64,000 nucleotides of DNA, taken from positions 484,929 through 548,928 of the forward strand of contig CAVYSE010000011.1 of NCBI GenBank assembly GCA_963771075.1. Reading direction: 5' to 3'. The stretch is from a candidate division FCPU426 bacterium (GTDB lineage: Bacteria; Oederibacteriota; Muellerivitia; Muellerivitales; Muellerivitaceae). Positions 19,627 through 28,089 of this stretch are shown here, one piece after another. Numbering within the stretch: position 1 is the first letter of the stretch; each line of letters begins with the position of its first letter. Under the pieces are notes generated by a model. It had not been told where the DNA came from. It made no database searches and worked only from the letters and a program-made list of their open reading frames with translations. Position numbers and translations under genes: made by a program.

Positions 19627-20730
19627 TTGAGCTATCGAACCAGCCTTCGAATGTCCCTTTTCCTCTTGGCGGTAAACCTCGGGACGGTTTCCGCTTGGGC
19701 CGGGGACATCCTTTCCAAAAATGATTTCACCTTTTACGGGGATAACACCGAATTTTTCGAACCCTACCGCACGAGGGAAACCCTTTTGGGCCAACAGGCC
19801 CAACACCGGTTGGAGATCGACCTGGGATCCGATGCCGTCATTTCGGGAGGCTTGTTTTGGGACTTTCGCTCCACCAGCGTGCAAGACATCGACGTGACCG
19901 TCAAACCCCTCTTGTCCTTCGAGTACCGCCAGGGAGGGACCCGGTTGATCCTCGGGACCTTGGACGTCGAGAACCGGCACGGGTTCTTGGAGCCCATGGA
20001 AGTCACCTTTCTCGACTTCACGCGTCCCATTGAGTATGGATTCCAATGGATCGAAAAAGACCCGGACTTTCACGCGGACCTATTCCTCAATTGGCAGCAG
20101 TTGAACGATCCCTCCGAGCCGGAGTCCTTCGATTATGGTGGTATCGTCAACCGCGCCCTGGTGGATGGGCTCAGCCTGGAATTGCAGTACCACGGATACC
20201 ATCAAGGCGGGAAGATTTACTTCATCGACGTCTATAACAACTGGGTGCCCGGGTTAGGGCTGCGCTGGGACCTGCCCCAGGTGCTGGGCGAGACCCGACT
20301 GGCCGCCTTTGAGCTGGTTTCCAGCCAATTGGCGGGCGGGGACCTTTCCCAGATGCAATGGGGCCAGGGAACCTACCTGAGCGCCAGCGTAACGCCCCTC
20401 CCCAACTTCGACCTGTTCGGGATCGGCTGGGTGGGTGACCATTTTTATTCCCAGGAGGGCGACGCCAATTACATGTCCTATAGCGATCCCTATTCCTTCA
20501 CGGTGGACCAGCCCCATGCTTTCGTTCAATCGAACCGGACCTATTTCGAGGCGGGGATCCGAAAGATGTTTCCCATAGAAGGCGGATCCCTCTTCACCAC
20601 CGAACTGCGGTCCCATTTTATCGATGGCGATTTCTTCTTTTCGTTCCGGCTTTGGGTGACCGCTCCGCTGGATATCTTTTTAGGGGATGTGAGTTTCAAG
20701 TCCCGGCCCGGCCCCGAGGCGTCCCAGTGA
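19627..20730 (+). CDS. Putative outer-membrane beta-barrel protein, paralog 1
   Basis: Signal peptide; aromatic/Gly-rich strands; shares FTFYGDNTEFFEP, HGxxEPMEVT, TRPIEYG, SxEGD, ELRSH with the next gene. Confidence 0.65.
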   Translation: MSYRTSLRMSLFLLAVNLGTVSAWAGDILSKNDFTFYGDNTEFFEPYRTRETLLGQQAQHRLEIDLGSDAVISGGLFWDFRSTSVQDIDVTVKPLLSFEYRQGGTRLILGTLDVENRHGFLEPMEVTFLDFTRPIEYGFQWIEKDPDFHADLFLNWQQLNDPSEPESFDYGGIVNRALVDGLSLELQYHGYHQGGKIYFIDVYNNWVPGLGLRWDLPQVLGETRLAAFELVSSQLAGGDLSQMQWGQGTYLSASVTPLPNFDLFGIGWVGDHFYSQEGDANYMSYSDPYSFTVDQPHAFVQSNRTYFEAGIRKMFPIEGGSLFTTELRSHFIDGDFFFSFRLWVTAPLDIFLGDVSFKSRPGPEASQ

Positions 20731-21839
20731 GGGCTCGAAAGCTTAACCTGCTCCTGATCTTCTTCATTTGGACCGGAGGCGCCTTCGCCGCATCCGTGGA
20801 TTGGATGGGCGGGGCCGCTCCGGCTCCGGTGGACATGGGGAACGAACCCCTTTGGTCCAACCGATTCACCTTTTATGGCGATAACACGGAGTTCTTCGAG
20901 CCCTTTCGGGTACGGGCGACGATCCTGGGGCAGCAGTTCAAGAGTTACCTGGACTCAGCCGCCTTGGAAAAGGTGGACCTCTGGACCGGGCTGTTCTTGG
21001 ACCATGAAAGCGCCGCAGACCAGCCGGTCAGCCTGAATCCCATCCTGTCTTTCGTGTACCACGAAGGGGGGACCCAGTTCCTCTTGGGCACCCTCCAGAC
21101 CGTCTACCGACACGGGTTGATCGAGCCCATGGAAGTGACCACCCTGGAATTGACGCGGCCCATCGAGTATGGCCTGGAATACATCCAGTGGGAGGGCTGG
21201 GCCCAGGCCGACGCCTTTCTCAATTGGCAGGATGTCCTGACCGAGAGCCAAAGGGAAATTTTCGATTACGGGGGATCGGGCAAGCTGATCCTCCAGGACG
21301 GCCTGGAGATCCTGGGCCAATGCCACGGGTACCACGTGGGCGGAGCCCAATACGGCGGCGTTGTCCGCAACAACCTGGCCTACGGCCTGGGGTTAGGGCT
21401 TCAAACGGCCCTGCCCTATTTGAACGAAAGCCGGTTGGAGATATACGGGTTGGGAAGCAAGGACACCAACCGTCCGGACTATTCCGGCCCCGCCATGGGC
21501 GAGGGACTTTACCTCAAGGGAATCGTGACGCCTTTCGAGGGCTGGCAGTTATTCGGGATCGTCTGGATGGGTTGGGACTACATGTCGGAGGAGGGGGATT
21601 CCAACTACAATTCCCTCGGAGCGGACGGTGTTTATTATCAAACCAACCGCACTTATGAAGAGGCGGGGTTGAGGCGGCTGGTTCCCCTGGGCCAAGACGC
21701 TTTTTTTGATTTAGAATTGCGCTCCCATTGGATCGAGGACTCATGGGCCAATTCCTTCCGGCTATTTGCCCAGATACCCTTCGATGTTGAACTCGATGTT
21801 AAAAACAAGGCTCAAGACAGGGCCCCGCTTAAACCCTAA
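20727..21839 (+). CDS. Putative outer-membrane beta-barrel protein, paralog 2
   Basis: GTGA overlap with the previous stop; signal peptide; same conserved blocks as paralog 1. Confidence 0.65.
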   Translation: MRARKLNLLLIFFIWTGGAFAASVDWMGGAAPAPVDMGNEPLWSNRFTFYGDNTEFFEPFRVRATILGQQFKSYLDSAALEKVDLWTGLFLDHESAADQPVSLNPILSFVYHEGGTQFLLGTLQTVYRHGLIEPMEVTTLELTRPIEYGLEYIQWEGWAQADAFLNWQDVLTESQREIFDYGGSGKLILQDGLEILGQCHGYHVGGAQYGGVVRNNLAYGLGLGLQTALPYLNESRLEIYGLGSKDTNRPDYSGPAMGEGLYLKGIVTPFEGWQLFGIVWMGWDYMSEEGDSNYNSLGADGVYYQTNRTYEEAGLRRLVPLGQDAFFDLELRSHWIEDSWANSFRLFAQIPFDVELDVKNKAQDRAPLKP

Positions 21840-21869
21840 GATCAATCCAATCATTCGGGAGTTGAGGGT

Positions 21870-22634
21870 GTGGTCTTGAATAAAAACCTCATGCATAAGA
21901 TTTGCTGGATATGCCTGGGGCTCCTATCCTTAGGTTTTCAATCCCAGGCTGAACCCTCGAACGTTTCCCCTTTCGAATATGGACTTCATTGTGTAACCGC
22001 CGGACCGGCCGATCTCCCCCCGGGCTCCCCGGTGGTCGTGATCTTGCACGGTACCGCCGCCACGGGAGACAGCATGTTGTACCTATGCGACCGGCTCCAA
22101 CTTCCCCCCTGCCGGTTTATCCTGCCGGACGGGCCCTTGCGGGCAAAGGGCGCCTTTGCCTGGTATGACCGATTCACCCATGACCGAAAAGGCATTGAAA
22201 CCAGCCGGGACCTTCTTTTTAAACTGATGGACCAATACACCCGTGAGCCGTCAAACCCACAAACGGTTGGAAACTCCACGAAGCCCAGGCCGGTGATCCT
22301 GATTGGTTTCTCCCAGGGCGCTGTCATGGCCCTGGAAACGGGTTTGAACTATAAGGGAAATGTCATGGGTATCGTTTCTTTGAGCGGTTACATTGGGGAT
22401 CCGGAAAAGACCCTGGCCCATCCCTTGGCGGATCATAAAACCCCCATTTTTCTCATGCAGGGAACCGAGGACCCCGTGGTACAGGAAGAAATGGGCCAAT
22501 CCACCGTGGTGGCGCTGAGGAAATCGGGTTACCATCCCTTTTTGAAAAAAGTCCCGATGGGACATAAGATTTCCGACCTGGAAATCGAGGAAGTTTCCAA
22601 GTTTTTGCGGGAAGTTTTTCTCTTATACCATTGA
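21870..22634 (+). CDS. Phospholipase/carboxylesterase (alpha/beta hydrolase)
   Basis: LHG, GFSQG nucleophile elbow, GTEDPVV, MGHKI. Confidence 0.9.
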   Translation: MVLNKNLMHKICWICLGLLSLGFQSQAEPSNVSPFEYGLHCVTAGPADLPPGSPVVVILHGTAATGDSMLYLCDRLQLPPCRFILPDGPLRAKGAFAWYDRFTHDRKGIETSRDLLFKLMDQYTREPSNPQTVGNSTKPRPVILIGFSQGAVMALETGLNYKGNVMGIVSLSGYIGDPEKTLAHPLADHKTPIFLMQGTEDPVVQEEMGQSTVVALRKSGYHPFLKKVPMGHKISDLEIEEVSKFLREVFLLYH

Positions 22635-22690
22635 TATTGGATCAAAATTAAATTCGAACGTTGCTTAAACCTATAACGAAAGGTGAACCG

Positions 22691-23389
22691 ATGAGAAAGC
22701 GATCTATCCTCCTATTCCTTTCAATTATTTGGGTCATGGCTGGTTTATCTCCAATGGTTTTACGGGGAGCTTCGGTTGATTCATCCCTGGCTGACGTTAC
22801 CCTTTTCCTCCCCCCTCCGCCGGCCCAAGATTCGTCTCAAACCAAGGCTGAAATCGAGGAGATCCTCCAGTATCAAAATACCCGGACCCCGGAAATGGTC
22901 GCCGCCGCCCAAGCTGACGCGCAAGAGACCGTCTTCCGTTTCGCGGATATACTGGGGCCGGGGGTTAACTCGGACAAGCTACCCTTAACCGCTTCTTTCT
23001 TTTCCCGCGTCCAGGGGCAGGTGGGGGCCTATATTGATTCCGCCAAGGGCTATTTCCATAGGCCCCGGCCCTACGATTTCGACAAGCGGGTAAAACCCTG
23101 TGTTGGCAAGCCCTGGAATGACTCCTACCCCAGCGGCCATGCCACGGGAGGAACGGTCGAGGCCGTGATCCTGGCCCATATGGTTCCCGAGAAAAAAGAG
23201 ATTCTCTTAGCCCGAGGCAAGGTGATCGGGGAAAACCGGATTGTGGGAGGGGTCCATTACCGAAGCGACGTGGTGGCGGGAGAGATAGCCGGGAGCCTCT
23301 TGGCGGTCAAAATATTACAGAATCCCGATTTTCAGAAAGACTATGAAAAATCCCGATTGGAAATCAGAAGTTTCCTGGGTCTGAAGTGA
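22691..23389 (+). CDS. Class A non-specific acid phosphatase (PAP2 family), secreted
   Basis: KxxxxRPRP, SYPSGH, RIVGGVHYRSDV motifs; signal peptide. Confidence 0.92.
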   Translation: MRKRSILLFLSIIWVMAGLSPMVLRGASVDSSLADVTLFLPPPPAQDSSQTKAEIEEILQYQNTRTPEMVAAAQADAQETVFRFADILGPGVNSDKLPLTASFFSRVQGQVGAYIDSAKGYFHRPRPYDFDKRVKPCVGKPWNDSYPSGHATGGTVEAVILAHMVPEKKEILLARGKVIGENRIVGGVHYRSDVVAGEIAGSLLAVKILQNPDFQKDYEKSRLEIRSFLGLK

Positions 23390-23468
23390 AGGTTTGCGTT
23401 AAATAGAAAAGTGGTATGGGGGCTCCCGTTTTCAATAACCCTCAAAACTGTTAAACTTCCGGCAATTC

Positions 23469-24794
23469 ATGGAAAAACAATCCTCTAAAATCGCTTTCAC
23501 CACCTTAGGTTGCCGGGTGAACCAATACGACACCCAGGCTCTGAAAGAACGGTTGGAAGAAGCGTCATTTCAATCGGTCCCCTTTCACGAAAGGGCGGAT
23601 ATCTACGTCATCAACACCTGCACGGTTACGGCCGCGGCGGACGCGGAGGGGCGCCTTTTGGTGCGCCGGGCCAAGGCGCAGAATCCCGATTCCTTCGTGG
23701 TGGTGACGGGTTGCCTGGCGACGGACCGGCCAAAGGAAACAGCCGATTTGCCGGGAGTCGACCTGGTGGTATCCAATACCGAAAAATCATCCATGCTTAG
23801 CAAGATACTCGAAGCAAAGCTGCAATTCGGTCATCCAGAACACATTTCAATGGGGTCGAATGACCCGGAATCGAACGATCCTTGGGGCGGGGGAATCACT
23901 CGTTTTGACGGCCATCAGCGCGCCACGGTCAAGGTGCAAGACGGCTGCAACTTCGGATGTTCTTTTTGTTTGATCCCGCGGGTGCGGGGCGAAATGATCT
24001 CAAGGCCCCCGGCGGATATCCTCGCCGAAGGCCGAAGGTTCGCCCAAAGGGGGGTGAAGGAACTGGTCTTGGCCGGGATACAACTTTCCTCCTATGGGCG
24101 GGACTGGGGGATGAAAGCTTCGGAGCCCCGTCTCGCGCCGGTCATCGGGCAATTGTTGAAAATTCCAGGAATCCGAAGGGTTCGGCTTTCCTCCTACGCA
24201 GTGGCCGATTTCGAGGATGCCCTCCTGCCCCTTTGGAAAGAGGAACAGGGTTTGTGCCCCCACCTGCATCTCCCCCTCCAAAGCGGGGATGAGGAAGTGC
24301 TCAAGGCCATGCGCCGGCCCTATACCTTGGGAAAATACCGGCAGACCTTGGAAAAGGTCCGGCTGGCGGCTCCCCGTTTGGGCTTGACCGGGGATATATT
24401 GGCGGGTTTTCCCGGCGAGTCGGACATGGCTTTTCAAAAGACCCTTCAGGCGATTGGGGAAATGAATTTTATCGATTTTCATCCTTTCCCTTATTCCGAT
24501 CGGCCGGATACTCCCGGGGAGGCGCTATTCCCCAAGGTGGATCCCAAAATACTTCACGATCGAATGGAACAACTCAAACGGTTGAAAAACAAATGCCTTG
24601 AAAGGTCCGCTGAATCGGCGAAGGGAAGCGAGGTCCGGGTGATCGCCGAACGTTACGGGGAAAAAAGTTACTCGGGTTTGACCGACCAGGGCCTCCGGGT
24701 GGTATTCCCGAAGACCGGGGAAAAATTGGGAATGGAAGTGGATTTGCGCGTGACGGGTTTTGGGGAAGGGGCGGCTCTTGGCGAGGAAATCTGA
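23469..24794 (+). CDS. mtaB: tRNA t6A37 methylthiotransferase MtaB
   Basis: TLGCRVNQYD, NTCTVT, VTGC, KVQDGCNFGCSFC radical-SAM motif, HLPLQSG. Confidence 0.92.
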   Translation: MEKQSSKIAFTTLGCRVNQYDTQALKERLEEASFQSVPFHERADIYVINTCTVTAAADAEGRLLVRRAKAQNPDSFVVVTGCLATDRPKETADLPGVDLVVSNTEKSSMLSKILEAKLQFGHPEHISMGSNDPESNDPWGGGITRFDGHQRATVKVQDGCNFGCSFCLIPRVRGEMISRPPADILAEGRRFAQRGVKELVLAGIQLSSYGRDWGMKASEPRLAPVIGQLLKIPGIRRVRLSSYAVADFEDALLPLWKEEQGLCPHLHLPLQSGDEEVLKAMRRPYTLGKYRQTLEKVRLAAPRLGLTGDILAGFPGESDMAFQKTLQAIGEMNFIDFHPFPYSDRPDTPGEALFPKVDPKILHDRMEQLKRLKNKCLERSAESAKGSEVRVIAERYGEKSYSGLTDQGLRVVFPKTGEKLGMEVDLRVTGFGEGAALGEEI

Positions 24795-25410
24795 CCCGGT
24801 CAGCCTTTTCGACCGGCTCTACCAATGGTATTTCTACCGCAAAAGGGCTTTTGAACACGACCTGCCGGAGAGGCGCGTGGGCTGGCGTTCCCGCCGCAAC
24901 CAGGAACTGCGGTTTGGGTCCCTGACGCGCATTGGGGACCTCCAAGGCCAAAGGATCATGGACCTGGGTTGCGGGTTGGGCTGCCTTTACGGGTTTCTCA
25001 AAAACCAGGGATGGGAAGGTGAATACACAGGCTATGACCTGTTGGGTTTGATGGTGAATGGAGCCCGGAAAAGATTTCCCGGGGTTTGTTTTGAGAAAAG
25101 GGACATTCTCGCCGATCCACCCGATCGTACTTGGGATTACATCCTGATCAATGGCGTTTTCAACCATAGGGTCCGGGACAACTGGGCCTGGATCGAGGAG
25201 ATGATCGCCCTGTCGATGAGGAAGGCCGAGAAGGGCGTGGCTTTCAACATCCTCGTGACGGGGCAAGGCTGGGGAGACGAGGACCTTTTCTACGCGGACC
25301 CGAACGAATTAGAACGAAGGGCTTCCCTTTGGACGGGCGGGCAATACCGTATCGTTCGGGATTATCTCGATGAGGATATGGCGGTTCACCTTTTTCACCC
25401 TGATCCCTGA
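24760..25410 (+). CDS. Class I SAM-dependent methyltransferase (start uncertain)
   Basis: IMDLGCGLG, YTGYD, GVFN, GVAFN. Confidence 0.85.
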   Translation: MGKGRLLARKSDPVSLFDRLYQWYFYRKRAFEHDLPERRVGWRSRRNQELRFGSLTRIGDLQGQRIMDLGCGLGCLYGFLKNQGWEGEYTGYDLLGLMVNGARKRFPGVCFEKRDILADPPDRTWDYILINGVFNHRVRDNWAWIEEMIALSMRKAEKGVAFNILVTGQGWGDEDLFYADPNELERRASLWTGGQYRIVRDYLDEDMAVHLFHPDP

Positions 25411-25491
25411 AATCAAAAAAGATGGCAATGGCCCCGGAAAATCAATAAACTCCTTGATAGGTTAAGTTGAACACCCCCGCGAGGAGGCGCC

Positions 25492-25833
25492 ATGTCGAGC
25501 CTTTGCACCTTTTGCAAAATTATCGCCCGGGAAATTCCCGCCACCATCCTTTACGAAGATGACAAGGTCATAGCCTTTAACGACATCCGTCCCGCGGCGC
25601 CCGCGCATATTCTGCTGATCCCCAAGGTCCATTACGACACGATGGCGGATGTTCCGGCGGGGGACCCCATCCTTTCCACCCTGGCCCAAGCCGCGGGAAA
25701 ATTGGCTGAAAAAATGTCTTTGCGCGAGGGCTACCGCCTGGTGGTGAATGTAGGGGACAACGGGGGACAAACCGTTTATCACCTGCATCTGCACCTCTTG
25801 GGCGGCCGTTTCATGACATGGCCACCAGGCTGA
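25492..25833 (+). CDS. Histidine triad nucleotide-binding protein
   Basis: CTFCKI, GQTVYHLHLHLLGGR, WPPG. Confidence 0.97.
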   Translation: MSSLCTFCKIIAREIPATILYEDDKVIAFNDIRPAAPAHILLIPKVHYDTMADVPAGDPILSTLAQAAGKLAEKMSLREGYRLVVNVGDNGGQTVYHLHLHLLGGRFMTWPPG

Positions 25834-25878
25834 TAAAACCGAACGAAACGGCGAACCCACGGCCAAAACGAACCCAAA

Positions 25879-26063
25879 GACAACACGAAGTCACAAAGAC
25901 ACGAAGAAAGACCCGAAATTTTATTACGGCCTAGGCAAAGGCAAACCAACTTCCAACACGAAGACACAAAGCAACAAAGAACAACCCTAGCCAAAGATTT
26001 GGCTTAATCATTTAATATCGCCTTAATTTGTCTGCCTTTGTGGCTTAGAGTCTTCGTGTTGTC
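25879..26063. repeat. Intergenic inverted-repeat element of the same family
   Basis: CAACACGAAGTCACAAAGACACGAAG units with an inverted copy at 26036-26063; internal block homologous to 36373-36430. Confidence 0.8.
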
Positions 26064-26098
26064 CTTTGGTTTTGAGGGTTTTGCGGGTTTGTCTTTCC

Positions 26099-26127
26099 TT
26101 GACGCGTCCCCCCCTCCGCTATAAACT
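26099..26127 (+). promoter_or_regulatory. sigma70-type promoter of rpsU
   Basis: TTGACG - 17 bp - TAAACT. Confidence 0.6.
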
Positions 26128-26183
26128 CCTTGCTCCCGTGAGGCCCCTTGGTCCTCCGGGCCATTCCACCCATAGAGGGGAGC

Positions 26184-26393
26184 GTGACCCAAGTGGTCGA
26201 AGTCAGACTGGAAGAAAACGAACCCATCGAGAACGCCCTTAAGCGTTTCAAGAAGGTTGTTCAAAACTCGGGGCTAATCTCGGAAATGAAGAAGCGCGAG
26301 TTCTACGAGAAGCCCAGCGAGCGCCGCAAAAAGCGCGAGGCCGCCGCCCGTAAAAAGGCCCGGCGCCGCGCCATGAAGTTCCGTAACGATTAA
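26184..26393 (+). CDS. rpsU: 30S ribosomal protein S21
   Basis: [24 protein letters not shown] start after GAGGGGAG. Confidence 0.97.
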   Translation: MTQVVEVRLEENEPIENALKRFKKVVQNSGLISEMKKREFYEKPSERRKKREAAARKKARRRAMKFRND

Positions 26394-26401
26394 ACGCCTT
26401 G

Positions 26402-26434
26402 GAACCCCCGGCCCTAAACCGGGGGTTCTTCTTT
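26402..26434 (+). terminator. Rho-independent terminator after rpsU
   Basis: GAACCCCCGG-ccctaaa-CCGGGGGTTC followed by TTCTTT. Confidence 0.7.
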
Positions 26435-26478
26435 ATCTCTCCGCAATTTGACCCTTTCCCTGGATTTGGAGGAACCCA

Positions 26479-26928
26479 ATGGCATCTCCCCTTTTCGAAA
26501 AGATCAACTCCGACATCGTCACGGCCATGAAAAGCAAAAACGAGGCCGCCCTTTCGGCCCTGCGCATGCTCAAATCCGCGATCAAATACAAGGAAGTGGA
26601 CCTGAAGCGGGAGCTGACCGACGAGGACGTGATCGAGGTTCTCGGCAAACAAGCCAAACAGAGGAAAGAATCCATTGAGGGTTTCGAGAAGGGCGGCCGG
26701 GCCGAGTCCGCCGCCTCCGAGAAGGCCGAGTTGGCGCTCATTGAGGCCTATCTTCCCGCGGCCATGACGGAAGCGGAAATCGCCCAACTGATCGAAGAAG
26801 CCCTGAAGGCGACCGGCGCCGCCACCGCGAAAGATATGGGAAAAGTCATGGGCTATCTGACGCCCAAATTAAAGGGCAAAGCCGATATGGGGAAAGTTTC
26901 CGGCCTCGTGAAGGGAAAACTTGGCTGA
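26479..26928 (+). CDS. GatB/YqeY domain protein
   Basis: AMKSK, LRMLKSAIK, KQRKESI, YLP, KDMGKVMG; usual position after rpsU. Confidence 0.95.
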   Translation: MASPLFEKINSDIVTAMKSKNEAALSALRMLKSAIKYKEVDLKRELTDEDVIEVLGKQAKQRKESIEGFEKGGRAESAASEKAELALIEAYLPAAMTEAEIAQLIEEALKATGAATAKDMGKVMGYLTPKLKGKADMGKVSGLVKGKLG

Positions 26929-26948
26929 GTTTTAATTCTAAGAATCTC

Positions 26949-27168
26949 TAACAAAACCCAATATTTACCACAGAGACACGGAGACACATGCCGACCATCC
27001 ATGAGACATTTAATGGAGTCGGCATTGTCCCGATTTCTTTCGCCTTTTGGGCGAAAGGGGACAGAGTAAACCCGGACAATGGGTTTAAGATTCCTTGAGT
27101 TTAGAAAGGTTTTTCTCTGTGCCTCTGTGGCCGCCAAAGGCGGCCTGTGGTGAAATTGGGTTTTGTTA
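26949..27168. repeat. Intergenic inverted-repeat element
   Basis: TAACAAAACCCAAT...ACCACAG / CTGTGGT...ATTGGGTTTTGTTA arms with CACAGAGA-CACGGAGA units. Confidence 0.8.
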
Positions 27169-27321
27169 TAGTCTCTAATTTTTTAGCTGCGGCGCATTTC
27201 GCGAAGCGAGACTTCACGAACTTAAAACGAAGAAATGAGAACTAAAAACTCCGGAGGCCGTTAGGCCGATGGGGGATAAGACCGGGTTGGTTCTGAATAA
27301 GACCGTCCCTGAAAGAAACCG

Positions 27322-27975
27322 ATGATTCTTCCGCGAACCTTCTATTCCCGCCCCACCGTTTCAGTCGCCCGCGATTTACTCGGCCAAATCCTCACCCATG
27401 AAACCCCTGAAGGAAAAGCTTCCGGTCTGATCGTCGAGGTGGAAGCCTACCTGCCCAAGCGGGACCCCGGTTGCCACGCGGCCAGGGGCCTCACTCCCCG
27501 CAACCAGCCCATGTTCGGCCCGCCCGGACGCGCTTATGTTTATTTCTGCTACGGCAATCATTACCTCTTTAATATCGTGACCGAGAAGGAAGGCGTGCCT
27601 GGCGCGGTCTTGATCCGTTCCTTGGAACCGGTGGAGGGCCAAGGGCTCATGGCCAAGCGCCGGGGAGGGTTTCCTCCCACGGGAAAGAACCTCACCAATG
27701 GGCCGGGCAAGTTGGCCCAGGCCTTAAAGATCAGCCGCAGCCATAACGGAATGGACCTATGCCAAAGGCCGCTCTATGTCCGAAGGGCGAAAAGACGGGG
27801 GAAGATAGGGGTGACGACCCGAATCGGCCTGACCGAAGGTTCGGAATTGCCTTTACGGTTTTACCTGGAAGGCACAGACTACCTATCCGTCAAGCCGGGT
27901 TTGGACCGGCCTTCCCCTGGCATGAAGAAAAAACAAAGCCAACCACCATCTCCCACGACGCCTCAAAGACATTAA
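27322..27975 (+). CDS. DNA-3-methyladenine glycosylase (MPG/AAG family)
   Basis: VARDLLG, IVEVEAY, MFGPPG, YVYFCYG, AVLIR, NGPGKL, RIG. Confidence 0.95.
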   Translation: MILPRTFYSRPTVSVARDLLGQILTHETPEGKASGLIVEVEAYLPKRDPGCHAARGLTPRNQPMFGPPGRAYVYFCYGNHYLFNIVTEKEGVPGAVLIRSLEPVEGQGLMAKRRGGFPPTGKNLTNGPGKLAQALKISRSHNGMDLCQRPLYVRRAKRRGKIGVTTRIGLTEGSELPLRFYLEGTDYLSVKPGLDRPSPGMKKKQSQPPSPTTPQRH

Positions 27976-28089
27976 GAAAGGTTTTGTTTCGAATTTTTTT
28001 TGGTTGAGTCCCCGCGCTTATCCGCGGTTCGAAGAGATTCGTGTTGGAAGTTGTTCGTTTGTAACTAAAAACGGTTAAGGAATAGCCCC

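Noticed and set aside
25879..26063. Possible CRISPR array
   Set aside because: Units are 8-bp periodic and inverted, with no constant repeat plus unique spacer structure; no cas genes in the window
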